DNA from: Sedimentisphaerales bacterium
GTDB taxonomy: Bacteria; Planctomycetota; Phycisphaerae; Sedimentisphaerales; Anaerobacaceae
Direction: 5' to 3'
Assembly: GCA_963708075.1 (NCBI GenBank)
Contig: OY970194.1
Location: 3,968,001-4,032,000 of the forward strand
DNA: 64,000 bases
Positions 57,798 to 64,000 of this stretch are shown one piece after another. The position numbers and the translations under genes were made by a program. Under the pieces are notes generated by a model, which saw only the letters and a list, made by a program, of their open reading frames with translations, was not told the DNA's origin and did no database searches. Position 1 is the first letter of the stretch; each line of letters opens with the position of its first letter.

Positions 57798-59900
57798 ATG
57801 CGCATGCTCATTCTGTCGGTGGCTGTTCTCACTTTGGTCGGTTGCGCGCGCACCCTGGAAATCACCGTCACACACCCCGAGGTCGCAGAACCATCAGTAA
57901 CGGGCACACCCACCGCCGGCGCCGTTTCCATCGATATCACGCCGCCCCCGGGTATGCCGATGGGGGGATATTCCATTCTGGCCAATCGAGGTGTCGGCTT
58001 CCGTACGCGCCTCAAGGCCCGGATCGTATACCTGAATGACGGCAAGGGAAGCTCCATCGCTCTCGTACAGACCGATCTGACGGCCGCGTCGCTTCTGTTG
58101 CACCACAAGGTGGCGGCTGCAGTGGCCGAGCGCACCCATCTCAAGCCGGGCGATATCGCCATAACGGCATCGCACAGCCACTCGACGCCGGTCAACTTCT
58201 TCGACAACGATTTTTACAACGAGCACACGTCCAGCGGTTCGGGGCTGGAGCCTCACTTCCTCGAGTTTGCCGTACAACGTGTGGCACAGGGTATTCTGGA
58301 GGCCTACGAGGCCCGTCGTCCGGCCCGAGTCGCAACGGGGCGAAAGGATATCTACGGCTATAACCGAAACCGGTCCCTGAGTTCCTACGTCCTGAACGAA
58401 AACGTCGGAGAGATGTACCTGGATGATCCACAAGCCGTCTTCAAAGCGGTGAATCCAGCGTTGTATATGGTGCGGATTGACGTGCGGGACGATCAGGGAC
58501 GTTACAAGCCCCTGGCGGCGTTCTCCAGTTTCTCCGTACACGCAACTGCCCTGACGCCGCCTGTGCAGGTGTACAACGCGGACTTATTCGCTTACGCGCA
58601 GAGGGACCTGGAATGGGCGATTCAACGCAAGTATGACACGCCCTGGCCGGTCGTTCATGCGATGACCGCGGGTACGCAGGGTGACATGGCTCCGGCGCTG
58701 CCGGACCGGGGGGACAACACGTTCGGCCAATTCCCCGTGAACTGGAAGGAGGCGCGGGAGCTGGGGCAGGCCATAGGCCATGAGGCTGTCAGTCTGTTCG
58801 AGAGGTTGGACGAAGCGCTCACGGACGAGGTGACCGTGAGCTCTGCGGTGCGAGAACTCAATATTCGCGAACACAATACCGCGGAGGGCGTCACGCTGTG
58901 CGAAGACGCTGCCGTGGGCAATCCTGTGACGGCCGGCGCGTACGAACGCCGTGCGCCGTGGTTGGCCGCGGTGCCCTTCCTGAGAGGCGGCAACGTGATG
59001 TCACGCCGCTGGTGGTTCTTCAAGAATGGCTGCCAGGGCAATAAACGGCATTTCGGCTTCTCGTTCCTGCAACCCCTGATCGTTCCCAAAGACAGCTTTC
59101 CCCATACGGTGCTGTTCCAACTCATTCGCGTGAACGATACGGTGATTCTGCCGCTGCCGTTTGAGGTGACCGCCGAATCAGGCCGTCGTATGGCCGCGAG
59201 GGTGAAACTCGAGTTTGAGCAAGCCGGTGACAGCGGTGTCGAGCACGTGTGGGTAGCCGGCAACGCCAACGGCTATTTTGGCTACACCACCACCCCGGAA
59301 GAATATTCCCGGCAGAATTATGAGGGGGGGCACACGCTCTACGGTCAATACTCCACACCTTACCTCACGGCACAACTCGGTCTGTTGGCGCGTGATCTCA
59401 TCGTCCGGGGCAGCGTACAGGAATTAGCGCCCAGTTGGAAATATCGGCTGAGGACAAACACCTTCTATCCTGAAGACCGAGTCGGTGCGCGCCCTCGCCA
59501 AGTATTGCGACAGCCAACGCCAGTGCGGGCAGGTACCGCATGTGAAGAAGACTATGTTGCTTTCCGCTGGCAGGATGTGGGCCCCAGTGAGATCCGCTTC
59601 CACCAGCCGCTAAGCCGCGTCGAAGCCAGGATCAACGATCAGTGGGTGCTCATGTCGGTGCACGGAGAGCCGATCCATGACGATGGGTATGATCTGGAAG
59701 TCCGTTATCTGGGCGACATGGACAAAGGCATGGGCAAATACGAGCTCCGCTGGTACAACCCGGAACCCGGCGGCGAATACCGTTTTCTGATTGAGCCGCG
59801 AGGCGAGCACCCCGCCCTGGTTAGTCAAGCGTTCCTCTACCGTGGGTTTGCAGGCGGCCAGGACGCGAAAGCGGCGCTGATATTGGCCGCGACCGAGTAA
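57798..59900 (+). CDS. Neutral/alkaline non-lysosomal ceramidase-family lipoprotein
   Basis: LVG-C lipobox, DITPP, ASHSHS, NRNRS, SVHAT, PFEVT..GRR, NGYFGYTTTPEEY..Q.YEGG.TLYG. Confidence 0.88.
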   Translation: MRMLILSVAVLTLVGCARTLEITVTHPEVAEPSVTGTPTAGAVSIDITPPPGMPMGGYSILANRGVGFRTRLKARIVYLNDGKGSSIALVQTDLTAASLLLHHKVAAAVAERTHLKPGDIAITASHSHSTPVNFFDNDFYNEHTSSGSGLEPHFLEFAVQRVAQGILEAYEARRPARVATGRKDIYGYNRNRSLSSYVLNENVGEMYLDDPQAVFKAVNPALYMVRIDVRDDQGRYKPLAAFSSFSVHATALTPPVQVYNADLFAYAQRDLEWAIQRKYDTPWPVVHAMTAGTQGDMAPALPDRGDNTFGQFPVNWKEARELGQAIGHEAVSLFERLDEALTDEVTVSSAVRELNIREHNTAEGVTLCEDAAVGNPVTAGAYERRAPWLAAVPFLRGGNVMSRRWWFFKNGCQGNKRHFGFSFLQPLIVPKDSFPHTVLFQLIRVNDTVILPLPFEVTAESGRRMAARVKLEFEQAGDSGVEHVWVAGNANGYFGYTTTPEEYSRQNYEGGHTLYGQYSTPYLTAQLGLLARDLIVRGSVQELAPSWKYRLRTNTFYPEDRVGARPRQVLRQPTPVRAGTACEEDYVAFRWQDVGPSEIRFHQPLSRVEARINDQWVLMSVHGEPIHDDGYDLEVRYLGDMDKGMGKYELRWYNPEPGGEYRFLIEPRGEHPALVSQAFLYRGFAGGQDAKAALILAATE

Positions 59901-60012
59901 CCGATGTTGATCTGAGTTCATAGCGGGTCTTGCGTGCCGGTGGGGGTGCGTAGATTCTTCACCAGAACGCGATTGCGCATGTCGGCTGAATGCTGCTCCC
60001 CTCGGCGGACTA

Positions 60013-60598
60013 CTATGGCAGACAATCCTGGGGTGCGAGGGTTCTCGTACCGACCCTTGCCTGCCTGGAACATCGAGCATGCCTCCCGGACTTGCGTCTC
60101 ACGATCTTTGACGTAGGCATCAACCTTCTGCGGGTCCGGCGTGACGGGCGTGAGTTTCGCCAACCACTTCTGCACGTTCTTGAGCTGACCGCTTTTGTAG
60201 TTGGCGTCCGTCACCGGATCAAGAGCCACCCTGGCCTTCATGACGCCCATGACCGGGTTGGCCTTGATGACGTAATGTTTGTTCGCAGCAAGATCCGCCT
60301 TTACACACGACCAGTTCTCGGCCCGCGCGAGGAAGTAATGCTCCCCGGGGGCAACCTGGCACTGAATACAGGTTCCGGAGTTCAACACCCCTATCAGGTT
60401 CTCGCCGTCCCACATGCCAAACGAAATCGCGGCGCCAAAACCGCTGGGACGTATGAAAGTCACCAAAGCCTTATCCTGCTGCGACGTCGAAATCCTCTCC
60501 GTTTTGGTCATGAAACCGCCCGCCGAACTACACCCCGAGGCCAGCAATGCCACAAGGACGGGCAAAGCAACTGTAAGACCCATCAACGCTCTCTTCAT
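60013..60598 (-). CDS. Lipoprotein (DUF2846-like); probable 1-bp frameshift near 60042
   Basis: LASG-C lipobox, ALVTFIRPS, PGEHYF; removing one A gives YETLAPQDCLP followed by TAG TAG. Confidence 0.7.
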
Positions 60599-61036
60599 TT
60601 TCTGTCTCCCTGAGAAGTGAATGCAGACAACTCAATCCGCCCGGAATGGCCGCTCACCTTGCCTGGCTATTCCTAACGCAAGACGGATCTCTCCACAAGT
60701 GCCTCAGAATTGATGCCGCCGTACAGATGGGCCGCACCTTCAAACTACCAGACCTGGCGCCCAGCATCATAGCCATTCTCCTGTCCCCTTGAATAACCTC
60801 CACGCAGGTCGCCTCACCTCTTCCTGTGCCGGACGCGGGGCAGGCGAACAGACTTTATCGACTATATCTTGTGCCGGTCAAGCAAAAAAAAGGCGGCTGT
60901 TTTGAAGAAATTCTATTCCCAATTTTCTCCTTAGGCCAGCACGTTCCGTTGCCACGATCATGAAGGAGGATCGGCGGCTTTCTTCTCTGCCCATGGGATG
61001 ACGCTGTGCTCTTGAAGACCGCGGCGACGAGGCGAG

Positions 61037-61963
61037 CTATACCTGCCACATGTCATGGAAGTTGAGAAATTGCCAGGGGTGGGACATGACGAAGGCTTCC
61101 AAGGCGTCGACGAACTGTTGCAGATACGGCTTGTATGCGGTGTTGAGCCGTCCGAGGCCGGCGGGCACGTGGATGATGCACGCCAACTCAATCCGGTAGC
61201 TCGAGAAGCCGGTCTTATGGCTGAAGACAACCGCGATCGGGGTGCCCTGCATGGATGAAAGACGATAGGGACTGACAGGAAAATGTACAGGGGCTCCGAG
61301 GAAAGAGGCTTGCAGTGTGTTCGGGTCATTGCCAAAGACACGATCTGCCATCAATCCGAGGACGTGATTGTCCTTGAGTGCGGCGATCATCTGCAGGACT
61401 CCGCCCATCGGCTGTGCCGGATCGATGATCGAGAACGGCACTTCTCTCCCGGCACAATCGAACCATCTCGGATCGATGTCAGCGGCCTCTTGGTGCATGA
61501 CAATGCTCACCGGGGTTTGAAGGTAGCTGAACGCGGACATTGCCACTTGCCAGCATCCGACGTGGCTGTTGAGGATGATCAGACCCCGGCCCTCATCAAT
61601 CAGCTCCCGCAGGCGCGAACCTTCGTGGAAATCCACCCGCAGGGCGTTGGGCCCGAGCAGACCGAAGACAGCCCGATCGATCAGCGATTCGCCCAAAACT
61701 TCAATCCGGCGGTAATCATGCCACAGCCGCACGAGAGGATTTCGTACCTTGGGGAAACGTCTGTCCAGGTAGTACCTGCACCGGCGACGCACGAACGGGC
61801 GGAGCAGTACATACCATGCGACCACCACATACATGCACACGTAAGCCAGGCGGCGCCCCCCTGCGCGGATCAGGAAAGCGAAGAATGCAAACTGCCAGCG
61901 TTTGCCCATGCTTCGTGAATCCCACTGGGCGTTGGAGATGGGGCCCTGAGGTTCAGAACGCAT
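61037..61963 (-). CDS. LpxL-like lysophospholipid acyltransferase of the type found in aryl-polyene/fatty-acid gene clusters
   Basis: GLIILNSHVGCW, MADR, FLGAPVHFP, PWQFLNFHDMW. Confidence 0.85.
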   Translation of the reverse strand: MRSEPQGPISNAQWDSRSMGKRWQFAFFAFLIRAGGRRLAYVCMYVVVAWYVLLRPFVRRRCRYYLDRRFPKVRNPLVRLWHDYRRIEVLGESLIDRAVFGLLGPNALRVDFHEGSRLRELIDEGRGLIILNSHVGCWQVAMSAFSYLQTPVSIVMHQEAADIDPRWFDCAGREVPFSIIDPAQPMGGVLQMIAALKDNHVLGLMADRVFGNDPNTLQASFLGAPVHFPVSPYRLSSMQGTPIAVVFSHKTGFSSYRIELACIIHVPAGLGRLNTAYKPYLQQFVDALEAFVMSHPWQFLNFHDMWQV

Positions 61964-63128
61964 GCCGAACCCTCTGCAATGCTCGCGCCATGACATAAGT
62001 CATCAAGCCAAACGCCACTGATAAGACAACCCCGACCGGGACCGATCCGATGCACCAATCCCACAGGCACTCAAGACCCATGTAGCCCAGTTCAAGAAAG
62101 GAGGCGCCGCGGAGACCCTCGATATCCTGAGGGATCAGGAAGCGGCCGAAGCGTATAAAGTGGCCTATCTCAATGCAGATTGCCGGGACCACAGGCGGCA
62201 TACAAAGTTGGCTGGCGGCCACGGCGGCTATGCGGTTCAAGCGCAACAACGCGGCGGCCACAAGGATGGCCAACGTGTGGCAGGCGATCAGCGGCACGGC
62301 GCCCAGAAATACGCCAAGTGCGACGGCAAACGCCAGCTCCTGCGGTGTCGCCCGTTCCATCAGCAGAGTCCGGATGGAACGAAGCGGATGCCAGACGGTG
62401 ATCGACGTTCGTGTGCGCGAGTCTGTGACCTGGCGGTGGGGCCAGGGAACCAGGGACCGCACGGTCAGGCGGGTGTTCAGAACCACGAGCCGCAGGTTGT
62501 CCCACAATTTGTGAAAATGGGAACTGCGATGTTCCGGCTTCGGATAGTGCACCTGTACGCCCACCTCGTGCACTTTCGCACCACCCCACAGGGCACGCAC
62601 GACTACTTCCACCTCAAAGGCGTAACGCCGGGATCGGCACGACAGGTGTTCGATCACTGCCAGGGGATAGGCGCGGTATCCGCTCTGGATGTCGTGTACT
62701 CTCGTGCCCGTCTGCAATCGCACCCAGAAATTGCCAAACGCCCGGCCGAACCGGGAACTCGCGGGCACGGTTCCAGAATCGAAATCCCGTACGCCGAGGA
62801 TCAGTGCCTCCGGATGCTCGCGAATCGCCTCGATGATCCTGGGCAAGTCCTCCGGATAGTGCTGGCCGTCAGCATCCAGAGTGATCATGTGTGTGGCCCC
62901 CTGCCGGCGCAGATGATGCGCGGCCGTCTGGATGGCTGCCGCTTTGCCTCGATTGACCTCGTGACGAAGCACCTCCACGGGCAGGTTCGCCAGAAGAGGG
63001 GCGACCGCCGGATGGCTGCCGTCATCCACGATCAGGACTCGCGGATGTGCTTCAAGGCACCGATGGACGACCTCTCTGAGCCGCTCAGGCTGATTGTAGA
63101 CAGGGATGACAACAGCGATCTGCTCCAC
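61953..63128 (-). CDS. GT2 glycosyltransferase fused to a DUF2062 membrane domain
   Basis: VIPVYN, VDDGS, NRGK, LDADGQH, DIQSGYRAYP; C-terminal TPQELAFAVALGVFLG. Confidence 0.88.
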   Translation of the reverse strand: MEQIAVVIPVYNQPERLREVVHRCLEAHPRVLIVDDGSHPAVAPLLANLPVEVLRHEVNRGKAAAIQTAAHHLRRQGATHMITLDADGQHYPEDLPRIIEAIREHPEALILGVRDFDSGTVPASSRFGRAFGNFWVRLQTGTRVHDIQSGYRAYPLAVIEHLSCRSRRYAFEVEVVVRALWGGAKVHEVGVQVHYPKPEHRSSHFHKLWDNLRLVVLNTRLTVRSLVPWPHRQVTDSRTRTSITVWHPLRSIRTLLMERATPQELAFAVALGVFLGAVPLIACHTLAILVAAALLRLNRIAAVAASQLCMPPVVPAICIEIGHFIRFGRFLIPQDIEGLRGASFLELGYMGLECLWDWCIGSVPVGVVLSVAFGLMTYVMARALQRVRHAF

Positions 63129-63141
63129 GGAGCCTGCGGCC

Positions 63142-63999
63142 TCACTTTCGTTCTATGATTCGACGGTTAGCACGGGCGAAGGTCAGGAAACTGCCGGCAT
63201 TCGCCAGGAATCGTCGCCAACTGTCGGGGGATTTCCAGAGCATGCTCACGAAGTTCCACAGGGTCTTCGGACGCATATAATAGCGTTTGTAGAACTCGAG
63301 GAATAAACTCTCCAACTGCTCGGCGGTCATCCCGTGGGGCACGAACACCGTATTCATGCAGTCCATCTTCTCCCAGTTCTCCTCGAAGCGGCCTAATGAA
63401 TGGATCTTCTCGTAGAGGGGCGAACCCGGAAAGGGCGTGAACTTGGCGACGTTCAGATCGTCGATGGGCAGCGAGAACACGTACTGCATCGTCCGACGGA
63501 AACTCTGCTCCGTCTCTCCCGGCAGGCCGATCATGAAAAGCCCCTTGACACGGATGCCGGCCTTGTGAATGTCATGGATCGTCCGACTCATCAACTCCAG
63601 ATCCGCGTTCTGGCGGTGTTGCGCCAACAATTCAGGATCGCCCGTTTCAATTCCCAGGCTGATCATCCAGCAGCCCGCTTTCTTCATCAGGACGAGCAGC
63701 TCGCGATCCACGTGCTCGGCCCGCACGGCACAGTTGAAGGTCATCCTCAGGGGCATCTCGATCATCCGCCGACAGAAAGCGACCACGCGATCCCGATTGA
63801 ACGTGAACTGGTCATCGTACAGGTTGATGTGTCGTATCCCAAACTGCTCGTTCAGGGATTGCACGTGCCGGTACAGGTAATCGGCGGAATTGAACCGAAA
63901 GGTCCGCCGAAATACAGAACGATCACAGTAACTGCATTGGTAGGGACAGCCTCGGCTGGAGATGCAACTCGTGTTCGGCGTCCTGGGGTAATTGAAGAT
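63142..63999 (-). CDS. Radical SAM protein, class B/B12-binding type (5'-partial)
   Basis: SRGCPYQCSYC (CxxxCxxC), YDDQF, AGCWMISLGIETG, FMIGLPGET, TPFPGSPLY. Confidence 0.9.
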   Translation of the reverse strand: MFNYPRTPNTSCISSRGCPYQCSYCDRSVFRRTFRFNSADYLYRHVQSLNEQFGIRHINLYDDQFTFNRDRVVAFCRRMIEMPLRMTFNCAVRAEHVDRELLVLMKKAGCWMISLGIETGDPELLAQHRQNADLELMSRTIHDIHKAGIRVKGLFMIGLPGETEQSFRRTMQYVFSLPIDDLNVAKFTPFPGSPLYEKIHSLGRFEENWEKMDCMNTVFVPHGMTAEQLESLFLEFYKRYYMRPKTLWNFVSMLWKSPDSWRRFLANAGSFLTFARANRRIIERK

Positions 64000-64000
64000 C

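Noticed and set aside
286..63158. Many long ORFs antisense to real genes (e.g. 286-1473, 1470-3209, 7655-9343, 25453-27369, 35252-36307, 52480-53982)
   Set aside because: Shadow frames expected in GC-rich coding DNA; no recognisable motifs, and they overlap well-supported genes
1..64000. tRNA, rRNA or riboswitch genes
   Set aside because: None recognised by eye; a covariance-model scan would be needed to exclude them

Overview
GC-rich bacterial chromosomal DNA. The gene content (prepilin-type H-X9-DG proteins, giant LamG/discoidin secreted paralogues, Tat-exported Gfo/Idh/MocA oxidoreductases, PQQ beta-propellers, CotH and DUF11 proteins) points to Planctomycetota, most like Phycisphaerae/Sedimentisphaerales; this is inference. 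Bases 1-34 kb are mostly carbohydrate-utilisation genes (XylR-like regulator, GH97, GH51, GH50-like, GH35, PL11, a SGNH remnant) with several internal-deletion scars. Bases 35-47 kb are a hotspot of small selfish DNA: a complete IS630 inserted in a stop codon, a ~100-bp relic with IS630-like ends, an HNH-AP2 endonuclease element present twice (one full, one truncated) with a conserved non-coding leader and bracketing hflKC, an IS4-type MITE, a repeat-flanked AAA ATPase, a hammerhead-like RNA candidate, and a ~900-bp ORF-free mosaic of about ten short repeat families. Bases 47-64 kb hold a frameshifted LamG paralogue, lactonase, GH9, PQQ propeller, phosphoesterase, ceramidase and the end of a radical-SAM/glycosyltransferase/acyltransferase operon. 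Scattered 1-2 bp frameshifts look like assembly errors. No tRNA, rRNA or CRISPR array was recognised. All family calls come from motif recognition by eye; no database searches were run.
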